DNA of 64,000 nucleotides, taken from positions 1,952,001-2,016,000 of the forward strand of contig CAVYGB010000002.1 in NCBI GenBank assembly GCA_963767925.1, written 5' to 3'. Below are positions 41,427-50,288 of the stretch, piece by piece (positions within the stretch are counted from its first letter, which is position 1; each line of letters opens with the position of its first letter). The notes beneath the pieces are model-generated. The model did not search any database. It was not told the DNA's origin and worked only from the letters and a program-made list of their open reading frames with translations. This stretch comes from an uncultured delta proteobacterium. Its GTDB lineage: Bacteria; Myxococcota_A; Polyangia; Fen-1088. Position numbers and translations under genes: made by a program.

Positions 41427-42212
41427 GTGCTGATGGCGCTCGTCGGGAGCCTGCCGGCCGCCCGCGCCCAGCCCGGGCCCGATCTGCCGCTCGGGCGTTC
41501 CAACGTCGAGCTCACCAGCGCACTCTTCACCGGGGCGCCGCCGATCCCGAGCGGCGCCTGGTGGTCGCCAACCGCTCACGCTGAACGCCGACCTGAGCGA
41601 CCGGGCCGGCTTCGCCGGAGGGTTCGGCTGGGTCACCCTGAGTGAAAAGGACCGCGGCGGCCTCTGGGACAGCACCACCGCGATCGGCAACGGGTTCCTG
41701 ACCTTCTGGTGCCAGTTCGAGATCCCGCCGACCTGGCGTCTCTCGGTGGAGATCGCGGGCACCGCCGTGGCCGGCATCTCCGATGCGTCCCGGCCGGCGA
41801 TGCACGCGGCCTGGGACTCCTGGGTGTCGCCGACGGGAGGCTCGGGTTCGTGTTTCCGCTGCGGGCGGCGCGGGCCGCTGGGCTGGGCGGGCGGCCGGGG
41901 CAGGTCGAGCTGCAGAGCGGGCTTATCTTCATGCTCCCCCAGCAGAACGCCGAGGGCGACCCCTTCCGGAAGATGTTGCAGCTCGCTGGGCTACCGGCTC
42001 TGGCCGGGCGAGCGCTCTGCGCCCACCACCTTTACACCTCGGGCGAGGAGCCGAACGCCTGGGAGTCCCGCTCCGCTGGCGGGCGATTGGATCTGGCTGC
42101 TCTACGACGACAGCGCTCGGGTCTTCACCTTTTCTGGCGCTTGCGCGCGCCCGGGATCGCCGACTCGCCCCTGGGCCCCATGCTGCGCGCCGCCGCGAGC
42201 CGCCGGTGCTGA
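41427..42212 (+). pseudogene. Fragmented exported, beta-rich hypothetical gene (multiple frameshifts)
   Basis: Signal peptide in ORF 41427; protein-like sequence continues in other frames (GFAGGFGWVTL...TTAIGNGFLTF, then RLGFVFPLR). Confidence 0.35.
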
Positions 42213-42564
42213 ACGGCGACGACCTGCTGTTCTGGGAGGGCCCTCGATCCCGACCAGGTGCAGGCGGCGAAGGCGCGCCTCGTTTGCGCTCGTCCGGGAT
42301 TGAGCGGCATCGCCGTGACGCGAGCGGTCTTCAGCGAAGGCGCTGTCCCGATTTCTTGTCGCTCCCTCGGGTGCTCGGGCGATACCTTCGCGCTCCCTCC
42401 ATGCCGAGGCGATCGACCTTGGCGTTCAGCGGCGGGCAACCGAGGGAGCGGAGCGACTGAGGTGCTCGTCCGACTGCAACGCCTCAGCTGGGCGGGAAAT
42501 GAGGACGCAACGGTGGAGGCAAGCGACCTGACTGACGCGAGAAATGCGCCCCTGAACCTGAGGA

Positions 42565-43155
42565 TTAAACCCGTTCCCCAGTCGGCTTGCTTTGCCCGTG
42601 GAACTGGCTGTCGTTCCTTCTTGGAATGCCATCGACACGCTCGAAAATCAATTGTCCGATCGCGATGTCGGGATGGAGCATTATGTCGTGCAAACCAAAA
42701 TTCATTATTTCAAAGGTGATGGTACCCGTGAATCCGGCATGGATCGTGGGTGCCGTGAAGTGAATCAAAAGACCACATCGAGCGAATGAGCTTCTTCCTT
42801 CCACACGGGCAGCAATCGCGGGTCGTCCGTCCCGGATCGGAAGGGTAAGGGTCTCGACGGTATTTCCAAGCAAGAACTGCTGCGGCTTGAGCGCATATCC
42901 GCCGTCGCCATCCATTGTGACCTGTTTATAAATTTGACCGAGCAATTTCGGTAGTCCCCGACTTCGAAGGTCGAACGCGATGGGGCTCTTTTCTTTGCAA
43001 ATGCTCAGCGTCGGACCTAGTCGGATATTGACGGCGGTTGTGTCGTACGGCGAGTCTGGTTGCCCAAGAGAAGCGAATCTGGGGCGAGGCTCTGGATCGA
43101 TGAGGATGTCACCCTCGTCAATCGCGCGGTGAATCTCGACGTTTGACAGCACCAT
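42565..43155 (-). CDS. dcd: dCTP deaminase (trimeric dUTPase-like fold)
   Basis: MVLS N-terminus, ARVEGRSSFARCGL, TAPTIHAGFTGTITFEIMN, IGQLIF and FHGQ; low GC. Confidence 0.9.
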   Translation of the reverse strand: MVLSNVEIHRAIDEGDILIDPEPRPRFASLGQPDSPYDTTAVNIRLGPTLSICKEKSPIAFDLRSRGLPKLLGQIYKQVTMDGDGGYALKPQQFLLGNTVETLTLPIRDGRPAIAARVEGRSSFARCGLLIHFTAPTIHAGFTGTITFEIMNFGLHDIMLHPDIAIGQLIFERVDGIPRRNDSQFHGQSKPTGERV

Positions 43156-43157
43156 TG

Positions 43158-43415
43158 CTAGCGACCCGTCATGGCGTCTTTAGGGATTCTGGCGGTGGAC
43201 ATACCACCCTGAGATGGAACCTGGATGAGCGCGTTCCTTTCGTCCTCATCTAGCAACGTCACACTCAGAAGCTTTCGGCCTTCGTCAATCTGACCAGCAG
43301 TTACGAAAGCCGATACTTCCTCGCCCTCAGACGTTTTGAAGAAAACGGTCCTCTCGCTGGGAAACAACCCCTCCTCAACCCTCACTTTCAACCACCTTCT
43401 CTCCAGAGTCATCAT
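43158..43415 (-). CDS. Small (85 aa) hypothetical protein coupled to dcd
   Basis: AGAGGAGG RBS before ATG 43415; stop 2 nt before the dcd ATG; same low GC. Confidence 0.75.
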   Translation of the reverse strand: MMTLERRWLKVRVEEGLFPSERTVFFKTSEGEEVSAFVTAGQIDEGRKLLSVTLLDEDERNALIQVPSQGGMSTARIPKDAMTGR

Positions 43416-43608
43416 CGATGGTCCTCCTCTGGCAGCGGTCAGCCACCCTGTAGCGTGAAGGTGCACTCGTCGGATCCGTCTGACTTCGACGGCCAGAGTA
43501 ATCTGGACAAAAGTTCAGGTCAAGGTTCCGCGAAAGATCAAGGGCCACCACGCAGGATGGTCGCATCGCTGGGCTTGACTTTCGTTCCGGAGGAACCGGG
43601 GTTGGCGT

Positions 43609-44175
43609 GTGCCGCCCAACGTTCCGCTTGGCGGCGCGGCCCTGGTGTCGTGGCTCCTCGCCGGCGGGACGGCCTGCCGGGAACCGGTGCGTGACGGCTT
43701 CCCGGCCTCGCTCGACCGGCGGTGTCCCGACGGCTTCGCGCTGCAAGGGGATCGCTGCTACCGGACGCCATCCGCGTCGCAGGCCCAGGACGCCGCCGCC
43801 GCTAATCCCGGCGCAGGCGGAGATGCCGCTGCGGGGCCGCCGCCGGGGACAGGCGGCGCCGATGCGCCCGCCGGCGCAGGGCCGCCGCCACCAGAAGCGG
43901 CGACCCTGGACGCGGCCGCCGAGCACGCCGCCGCCGACGTCGCCGGGGCGGCCGCCGATCCCCCGACCCCTGTGGGGGGGGCGCGTGCCTCGACGAGGTC
44001 GTACAGGTCGTCGCGGCCCCCAGCCATGCCTGCGCCCGGCGATCCGATGGATCGGTGTTCCGCTGAACTGCGGAGGGCCCCCGCCCCGCCGCGCGCGGCC
44101 GCTACTTCGATGCGGTGGCGGTGGCGCCGAGGTTCTGCAGGCGGGCCAGGTCGACCTTGCCGGCGGCCTCCTTGA
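43609..44175 (+). CDS. Possible small Cys-containing lipoprotein (3' end uncertain)
   Basis: Hydrophobic leader with GTAC, CPDGFALQGDRC motif and an Ala/Pro/Gly tail; overlaps the convergent gene. Confidence 0.4.
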   Translation: MPPNVPLGGAALVSWLLAGGTACREPVRDGFPASLDRRCPDGFALQGDRCYRTPSASQAQDAAAANPGAGGDAAAGPPPGTGGADAPAGAGPPPPEAATLDAAAEHAAADVAGAAADPPTPVGGARASTRSYRSSRPPAMPAPGDPMDRCSAELRRAPAPPRAAATSMRWRWRRGSAGGPGRPCRRPP

Positions 44176-44887
44176 CCGCCTCCATCGACACGCCGTTGCC
44201 TTCCGCCTCGACCATGAAGCGGCTGCCGACGATCACCCGCACCTCGCCGTGTTTGTTGCGGCTGTCCCACTTCTCGAGGGCCTTGTTGCCCGCCAGCGTG
44301 GTCGTGCGCTCGTAGCCATGATCGGTCTCCTTGTCGATGTCGACCGCGGCGAGCCCCATCCCGGCCAGGGCCAGGCTGCCGATCCCGGCCATGTCGATGA
44401 TCTTCAGCGTCAGGCGCGTGCCGCCTTCGCCCTCGTATTTGCCCTCCGCGTGGGAAGCGCCCATGCCGAGCGCGGCGTTCTTCTCGCCGGTGGCGCTGAC
44501 CCGCTTGAGCCCGCCGAGCGTCTCGGGCAACAGCGTCTTCAGCGCGCGGAAGTCGACGAGCGTCGTCTTGGCCGCGCCGGTCAGCCCGCTGATCGCCGCG
44601 GTGGCCGCCTGCATCCCGGCCGCCGCCGCCTGCATGCCCAGCGCCGCGCCTTGCGCCCCCAGCGCCGCACCCTGCGCCCCGAGCGCGCCGCCCTCCTTGC
44701 CCAGCCGGGCGGCGCTCTCCGCCATCTGCGCCTCGGCCTTGGCGAGCTGCGCCTGCGCGAGGTTCGCATGCTCCCTGGCCAGCTCGAGCTGCGCTTGCGC
44801 TGCCTCCGCCTGCTTGTCCACCTCCGACTTGCAGGCCGTGGCTCCTCCGACACAGAGCCCCAGCAACGCTGCGTAGATCCGTCTCAT
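44102..44887 (-). CDS. Lipoprotein with coiled-coil/GAALGAQ repeats and globular C-terminal domain
   Basis: MRRIYAALLGLCVGGATAC lipobox; LKTLLPETLGG...IIDMAG...EKWD...RFMVEAEG. Confidence 0.75.
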   Translation of the reverse strand: MRRIYAALLGLCVGGATACKSEVDKQAEAAQAQLELAREHANLAQAQLAKAEAQMAESAARLGKEGGALGAQGAALGAQGAALGMQAAAAGMQAATAAISGLTGAAKTTLVDFRALKTLLPETLGGLKRVSATGEKNAALGMGASHAEGKYEGEGGTRLTLKIIDMAGIGSLALAGMGLAAVDIDKETDHGYERTTTLAGNKALEKWDSRNKHGEVRVIVGSRFMVEAEGNGVSMEAVKEAAGKVDLARLQNLGATATASK

Positions 44888-45139
44888 GTATGCACGCCTC
44901 CGCCTCCGATATTGTCCGACCGCCGCCTCAGGGCAAGCCGCGATGGTCACACCTCCGAGATCGTTGGCAGACTGGGCGCGCGCCGCGCAGGCCGAGGTGG
45001 CGCGCGGCAGGTGGCGCCCGCGCCATCACGGGGAGTCGGTAGGGTCGCGACGCGGAAAACCGCCGGCACAACCCGGTTGACGTCCGGTAGTGGGGCCCCT
45101 ATCGTCGCGAGGATTCGCAACCGACACCTCAAAGAGCTG

Positions 45140-45700
45140 GTGCGTACCGCTGCGGCGCTGCCCGGACCGAAACTGGACATCCCGCTGTGGGCCTCGCTTC
45201 GAGCCATCGATCTCGGGACCGCGCCTTCTCCCGTGACACCAGCGGGCGAATCGGGCGGAGCTTTGCCGCCCGTCCCGGCTGACGTCCTGAGGGAGATCGC
45301 CGCCTTGCGCGGGCTGGTCTCCCATTGCCTGCAGCGGCTGTCGGCCCGGATCGAGGACAAGCTCGGCGCCGCGCTGGCCGAGGCGCGCCGGGCCTGGGAC
45401 CAGGCCGACAGCGTCACCATCGTCGACGCCGACCTCGGTCGGACGCTCGGCGACGCGCGCCGCAAGCTGGGCGCCGCTGCCGCCGCCACCGGGCCGGAAC
45501 GGCGCGCGCTGGCCGCGGTCGGGCTCGAAGGGCTGCTGGCGCTCGAGGCAGCCTGTGGCCTCACCACTTTGGCCGAGCGGCGGCTCTCGTCGGTCATTCG
45601 CCTGCGCCTGCGCGCGCAGGACGAGGACCTCTTGCCCGGGGGACGCCCCTTTCTCGATCTGAGCGCAGCATTTGCGGAGGCGGCACGCGCATGGGGTTGA
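45140..45700 (+). CDS. Hypothetical helical protein, first gene of the MotAB/ZorAB-like operon (start uncertain)
   Basis: 3' part of ORF 43607..45700; stop overlaps the next ATG by 10 bp. Confidence 0.6.
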   Translation: MRTAAALPGPKLDIPLWASLRAIDLGTAPSPVTPAGESGGALPPVPADVLREIAALRGLVSHCLQRLSARIEDKLGAALAEARRAWDQADSVTIVDADLGRTLGDARRKLGAAAAATGPERRALAAVGLEGLLALEAACGLTTLAERRLSSVIRLRLRAQDEDLLPGGRPFLDLSAAFAEAARAWG

Positions 45701-47847
45701 GCAGGATTCGCTGGATTCTCTCGGGCGCGATCGGCGTGCTGACGCTCGTCGCCACGGTGCAGGCCCTGCGCACCTACCTGGCACACGACCTCACGGTCGG
45801 TGTGCTGTCGGTGCTGGCGCTGGCCATCACCCTGCTGGTGGGGCTCGGCAGCCTGTTCTGGGCCCGCCGCCGCATCGAGCACGAGCTGGTCGCCCTCAAG
45901 CTGCCGCCGGCGAACACTCCATCGATCGCCGCCGCGTCCGATGCAGCGAGCGGCGACGCCCCCGCCGAGGCGGGCGGCGCGACCCCGACCGAGGCCAGCG
46001 TGGTGGTCAGCGGCGAGGTCGCAACCGAGGTCGCGGTGATGTCCAGCGGCGCCGCCCGAGAGACCGCCGTCGGGGCGCCCCCCCGCGAGGTGTCCCCGCC
46101 CATCGCCCCCCGTCCCGCCAGCGTCCTGCTGCGCGAGCGGCGCGAGCGCCTGCTGGCCATCCGGGCCTCCGGTGTGCGCCCCGATCGTCAGGTGCTGGCC
46201 GAGGCCACCGCCGCCGACGAGGCCGGGCGGGCTTATATCGGCCGCTACTTCGTCGCCACCACCGTCCTCATCGGGCTGGTCGGGACCTTCGCCGGCCTGA
46301 TGGCCACCCTCAGCAAGGTCGCCCCCCTCCTCCACGAGAAGGAAGCGGGCGGCCTGGCCCTGCTGGCCGCGCCGCTGGCCGGCCTGCACGTCACCTTCGG
46401 CGCCAGCCTGGTGGCCATCCTGGCCACCCTCGCGCTGGCTCTGGCCCAGGGCGATCTCGCCCTGCACGAGGAGCAGGCCCTGGCCGCCCTCGAGGACCGC
46501 ACCACCCACCACCTGATCCCCGAGCTTTGGCCGCCCAGCGAGGAGCCGGCCGAGCGAACCGTGCGGGCGATGGCCGACATGAAGACCTTGCTCGCCGAGG
46601 CGGTCGCCCAGTCGCTGGAGAAGAGCGCCGCCCGCATGGCCGAGACCGCCCGGGGTGAGTCAGAGCGCGCGGCCCAGGCCCTCGAGACGACCGCCCGCAC
46701 CGTCGAGCGGCAGATCAGCCAGCTCGGCGCCACCGTCGGCGGCGCCCTCGAGGCGACCGCGGCCAGCGTCGAGAAGCAGCTCACCAAGCTCGGGACCTCG
46801 GTGGGCGGCGTCCTGCAGACCAGCGCCGGCACGGTCGAGCACCAGATGACCCAGCTCTACGCCACCGTGCGCTCGGCCCTCGAGGCCAGCGCCAGCTCGG
46901 TGGAAAAGCAGATGACCCAGCTCAGCACCGCGATGGGCGGCACGCTCGAGGCCAGCGCCGGTTCGGTGGAAAAGCAGATGACCCAGCTCAGCTCCGCGGT
47001 GGGCGGCACGCTCGAGTCGAGCGCGAGCTCGGTGGAAAAGCAGATGGCCCAGCTCAGCGCCGCCGTGGCTGAGGCGCTCGAGGCCAGCGCCGGCTCGGTG
47101 GAGAAGCAGATGACCCAGCTCAGCGCCGCGGTGGGCGGGGCGCTCGAGGCGGCCACCACGCGGCACAACGCCGCCATGGCCGAGTCCGCCGCGGCCGCCG
47201 CCCGGCACGTGAGCGAGGCCGCCGAGGAGTCCGTGCGCCGCTCGACCGCCCTGGCCGAGGAGGCGGTGCGCACCACCACCACCGAGCTCGCCCGCACCTT
47301 GCAGCCGATGCTGGCCGCCGAGGCGCAGCGGCTGGAGGTGATCAAGGAGGCCTTCGGCCAGAGCGTGAGCGGCATCCAGCAGGCCACCGAGCGGCTCGCC
47401 GAGCTGCAGGGCGTGCTCGAGGGGACCGCCCGCGCCCAGGCCGCCGCCATCGAGAGCGCCGGGCAAGCGGTCATGGGCGCCTTCGACAAGACGGTGGTGG
47501 GGGCGGGCGCCTCTCTCGACGGCGCCGCCACCAAGCTGGCGGGCGCCGCCCAGCAGCTCAGCACCGGCTTCGAGACCTTCGGCCCCCGCATCGCCACTCT
47601 CTCCACCGAGCTGAGCGCCCTCGGGCGCGAGCTGGCTCTGCAGTCGGCCCGGGGTCCCGAGGGGGATCTCGGGGCGGTCGTGCTCGGCGAGCTCGAGCGG
47701 ATCGGCGCCGGGCTGGACCGTCTGGCCCAGCTGCAGCGGCTGGGCAGCGGCGCGGCCGGGGTGGGGGCCCCGCCGGCGGCCGAGCTGGGGGCGTCTCCGT
47801 CGGCCGAGTCCTTCGGGGCCGACGCGACGGAAGAGACGCATTCGTGA
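45691..47847 (+). CDS. MotA/TolQ/ExbB-type ion-channel subunit with very long helical tail (ZorA-like)
   Basis: Four TM segments including LIGLVGTFAGL and GLHVTFGASLVAI, then ~465 aa of Ala/Glu/Gln-rich helix with 22-aa repeats. Confidence 0.85.
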   Translation: MGLSRIRWILSGAIGVLTLVATVQALRTYLAHDLTVGVLSVLALAITLLVGLGSLFWARRRIEHELVALKLPPANTPSIAAASDAASGDAPAEAGGATPTEASVVVSGEVATEVAVMSSGAARETAVGAPPREVSPPIAPRPASVLLRERRERLLAIRASGVRPDRQVLAEATAADEAGRAYIGRYFVATTVLIGLVGTFAGLMATLSKVAPLLHEKEAGGLALLAAPLAGLHVTFGASLVAILATLALALAQGDLALHEEQALAALEDRTTHHLIPELWPPSEEPAERTVRAMADMKTLLAEAVAQSLEKSAARMAETARGESERAAQALETTARTVERQISQLGATVGGALEATAASVEKQLTKLGTSVGGVLQTSAGTVEHQMTQLYATVRSALEASASSVEKQMTQLSTAMGGTLEASAGSVEKQMTQLSSAVGGTLESSASSVEKQMAQLSAAVAEALEASAGSVEKQMTQLSAAVGGALEAATTRHNAAMAESAAAAARHVSEAAEESVRRSTALAEEAVRTTTTELARTLQPMLAAEAQRLEVIKEAFGQSVSGIQQATERLAELQGVLEGTARAQAAAIESAGQAVMGAFDKTVVGAGASLDGAATKLAGAAQQLSTGFETFGPRIATLSTELSALGRELALQSARGPEGDLGAVVLGELERIGAGLDRLAQLQRLGSGAAGVGAPPAAELGASPSAESFGADATEETHS
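46678..47139 (+). repeat. Seven 66-bp (22-aa) coding repeats, ALEASAxSVEKQMTQLSxAVGG
   Basis: Read directly from the translation; the unit boundary recurs every 66 bp to 47140. Confidence 0.9.
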
Positions 47848-48476
47848 TCCGTCGGGTCCGCCGCAGCCCACTCTTCCCGGTCAACGTCTGGCCCCCGCTC
47901 GTCGACGCCCTCACCATGGTGCTGGCGGCCTTCGTGCTGCTGATCCTGGTGGCCCTGGTGGCCCAGCGTGGGCTGCTCGGGCGCCTGCGCGAGCGGGACC
48001 ATGAGCTGACCCAGCTCCGCGAGGAGAAGGCCCGCATCGAGCGGCGCCTGCGCGCGCTGGCCCCCCAGTCGGCCATCACGGTCGACGACGGCAAGGTCAT
48101 CTTGCAGGGTGAGGTGCTGTTCGCCACCGGCTCGGACGCCCTCACGCCCGAGGGCGACGCCCTGACGGCCGACATGGGCAGCAAGCTCGCCTCGCTGCTG
48201 GCGGCCGAGCCGGGCCAGATGGTCCTGGTGGGCGGTCACACCGACGACCGCCAGATCCACGGCGGCCGCTTCCGGTCGAACTGGGAGCTGTCGTCGGCCC
48301 GGGCCCTGGCCGTGGCCCACGTGTTGACCCGGGCGGGGGTGCCGCCCGATCGGGTCGTCGCCTCCGGCTTCGGCGAGCACCACCCGCGCGCCGACAACCT
48401 CGACGAGCCCGGCCGGGCCAAGAACCGCCGCATCGAGGTGCTGGTGGTCCCCATCCACGCGGTGTCGTCGCGATGA
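47844..48476 (+). CDS. MotB/OmpA-family peptidoglycan-binding stator subunit (ZorB-like)
   Basis: TM with conserved Asp (WPPLVDAL); VLFATGS, GHTDD, NWELSSARA and NRRIEV; GTGA overlap. Confidence 0.9.
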   Translation: MIRRVRRSPLFPVNVWPPLVDALTMVLAAFVLLILVALVAQRGLLGRLRERDHELTQLREEKARIERRLRALAPQSAITVDDGKVILQGEVLFATGSDALTPEGDALTADMGSKLASLLAAEPGQMVLVGGHTDDRQIHGGRFRSNWELSSARALAVAHVLTRAGVPPDRVVASGFGEHHPRADNLDEPGRAKNRRIEVLVVPIHAVSSR

Positions 48477-49015
48477 CCGCCGCCGACGCCCCCGCAGCCG
48501 AGGTCCCCGCGCCCGACGCTCCCGCCGAGGTCGAGCTTCCGCCCGTCGCCGATCCGGCCGACGACCACGCCACGCTGGCCCGGGCCCTGTTCCGGCACGC
48601 GCTGGCGGCGTTCAAGGTGGTGCCCGAGGAGGCGCGCGGGCTGGCCCTGACCGCCCTCGATCGCTTCATCGCCAATCCGGGGCCGGCCGCCTTCGTGGCC
48701 GCGGTGCGCGAGCTGCGCGATACCCGGCGCCGCGTGCTCATCGCCCAGTTCGGCGGGGGCACCTTGCGCCGCGCCCTCAGCGGCGGCATCGCGGCCCTGC
48801 GCCGGGTGCCAGGGCTTCCGTCCGCGGTGGCCGATCGCCTGGCCGCCGACCTGCCCCTCGACGCCCTCACCGGGCAGCGGCTGTTCGCCCTCGTCGCGCT
48901 CTCGCGCACCTACGAGGCGCTGGCCGGCCGGGTGGCCGCCGACACCGAGGACATGCGCCGCCGCTACCAGGCCGCCCCGCCCCGCAAGCGCCGCCCCCCG
49001 CGCGACCGCTTCTGA
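48473..49015 (+). CDS. Hypothetical helical protein with basic C-terminus, last gene of the operon
   Basis: ATGA overlap with the MotB-like gene; typical codon usage. Confidence 0.7.
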   Translation: MTAADAPAAEVPAPDAPAEVELPPVADPADDHATLARALFRHALAAFKVVPEEARGLALTALDRFIANPGPAAFVAAVRELRDTRRRVLIAQFGGGTLRRALSGGIAALRRVPGLPSAVADRLAADLPLDALTGQRLFALVALSRTYEALAGRVAADTEDMRRRYQAAPPRKRRPPRDRF

Positions 49016-49063
49016 CGGCGCGAACGAGATGGGGCGAGGACGGACGCGGCCTCGGTCCCGCGC

Positions 49064-49972
49064 TCAGCGGCAGGGCGGGAGGTAGTTGTCGAAGCGGAGG
49101 CTGTAGACCACGACCTGGTTGGCGGTGTTGCCGACGAAGTCGAAGATCGTCGCGCCCCGCACGACGTCAGCCAGGGTGACCCGCGGCCGCCCCAGGCCCG
49201 GCACGAAGGTCCAGTCCTCGGGCTGGAAGCGGGCGGAGAGCGTCTTCGTCTCGCCCCCGGTCGCCGGCAGCTTCACCACGTGCTGATCGCCGCCGTGGGG
49301 CTGGATCCCGCCGCGCATCTGCACGTGCAGGTCGGCGGTGGCGCTGTAGCGGATGGTGAAGCCCTTCGACATCGTGAGGTTCGCGGTCATCGCCTCGTTG
49401 TTGGCGATGGGGACCACCACCTCGCTCCAGGGCCCGCCGGGAAAGCGAACCTTGGCGACGTATTGATCGCCCTCCCGGACCAGCAAGCTGCCGGTGGCGG
49501 GCACCGTGTTGGCGTGGGCCTGCCACTGCTGCAAGCGGCCGATCGAGGGGGTGGGGCACTCGGTGAGCGGCCCGCCGCCAAAGCCGTCGGAGGGAACCGC
49601 CGCCGACACGTCGCTGGCGCCCGCGTCGGCCGTCCGGGCTCGATCCGCGCCAGAGGCGGCGTCCCGGGGACGCCCGTCGGGCGTCCGGCCATCGGCTCGC
49701 CCCGCGTCGGCCCGGGCGCTGCCACCCGAGCCACCCGACGGCGCGCTGCCGCCGCTGCCGGAAGATCCACCGCTGCCACCGCCGCCGCCGCTGCCCGCCA
49801 CCGGGCTGCCGCCCGAGCCGCTCTGTCCACCGGACCCCGCCGGCGCGCCGGCCTGTCCGCCGGTGCCAGCCGTGTTGCCACCGGTGGGCGGGTTGCCCGA
49901 CGAGCCGGGCGCCTCCGCGGTGCAGGCGACGGCGAGCGAAAGCAGGAGACTCAAGGGCAAGACGCGCTTCAT
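49064..49972 (-). CDS. Lipoprotein with Gly/Ser linker and beta-rich (possibly carbohydrate-binding) domain
   Basis: MKRVL...AVAC lipobox, GGSGG linker; GGAGG RBS-like sequence upstream. Confidence 0.75.
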   Translation of the reverse strand: MKRVLPLSLLLSLAVACTAEAPGSSGNPPTGGNTAGTGGQAGAPAGSGGQSGSGGSPVAGSGGGGGSGGSSGSGGSAPSGGSGGSARADAGRADGRTPDGRPRDAASGADRARTADAGASDVSAAVPSDGFGGGPLTECPTPSIGRLQQWQAHANTVPATGSLLVREGDQYVAKVRFPGGPWSEVVVPIANNEAMTANLTMSKGFTIRYSATADLHVQMRGGIQPHGGDQHVVKLPATGGETKTLSARFQPEDWTFVPGLGRPRVTLADVVRGATIFDFVGNTANQVVVYSLRFDNYLPPCR

Positions 49973-50269
49973 TTCAGACAGACCTCCGATAGGGGGAAAC
50001 CCGAGCCCCGGATACTATCGCGCCCCCACCGCCGCGCCCCTCCTGACCGCCGATGATGCACGGATCGAGCATTTTCGACGCCTCCCCGCACAAAACGCAC
50101 CCCGTCGCCCCGCCGCCGTCGCTCCGCGTTCACGCCACCTGCCCCCAGCGCCCGGGCGTGCCACTCCGGCGCATCTCTCCGGCCCGTCCAGGTGAGGGGC
50201 GCTTGCCACGCCGCAGGCCTCACCCTCCGCGGGGGAGGGTGATGGTCCGTCGCGCCCAGCGGGGGAATT

Positions 50270-50288
50270 GATAATGAGAGTCGCAATC
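50270..50288. promoter_or_regulatory. Fur-box-like site
   Basis: GATAATGAGAGTCGCAATC matches 14/19 positions of GATAATGATAATCATTATC, in an AT-rich patch. Confidence 0.45.

Noticed and set aside
42565..43155. Known AvcD/DcdV-type defence deaminase
   Set aside because: No HAE/PCxxC zinc motif or P-loop kinase; the motifs are those of the dUTPase-fold Dcd.
45691..48476. Ordinary flagellar motA/motB or tolQ/tolR
   Set aside because: The long tail is not a MotA/TolQ feature, the partner has an OmpA rather than ExbD domain, and no flagellar or tol genes are nearby.
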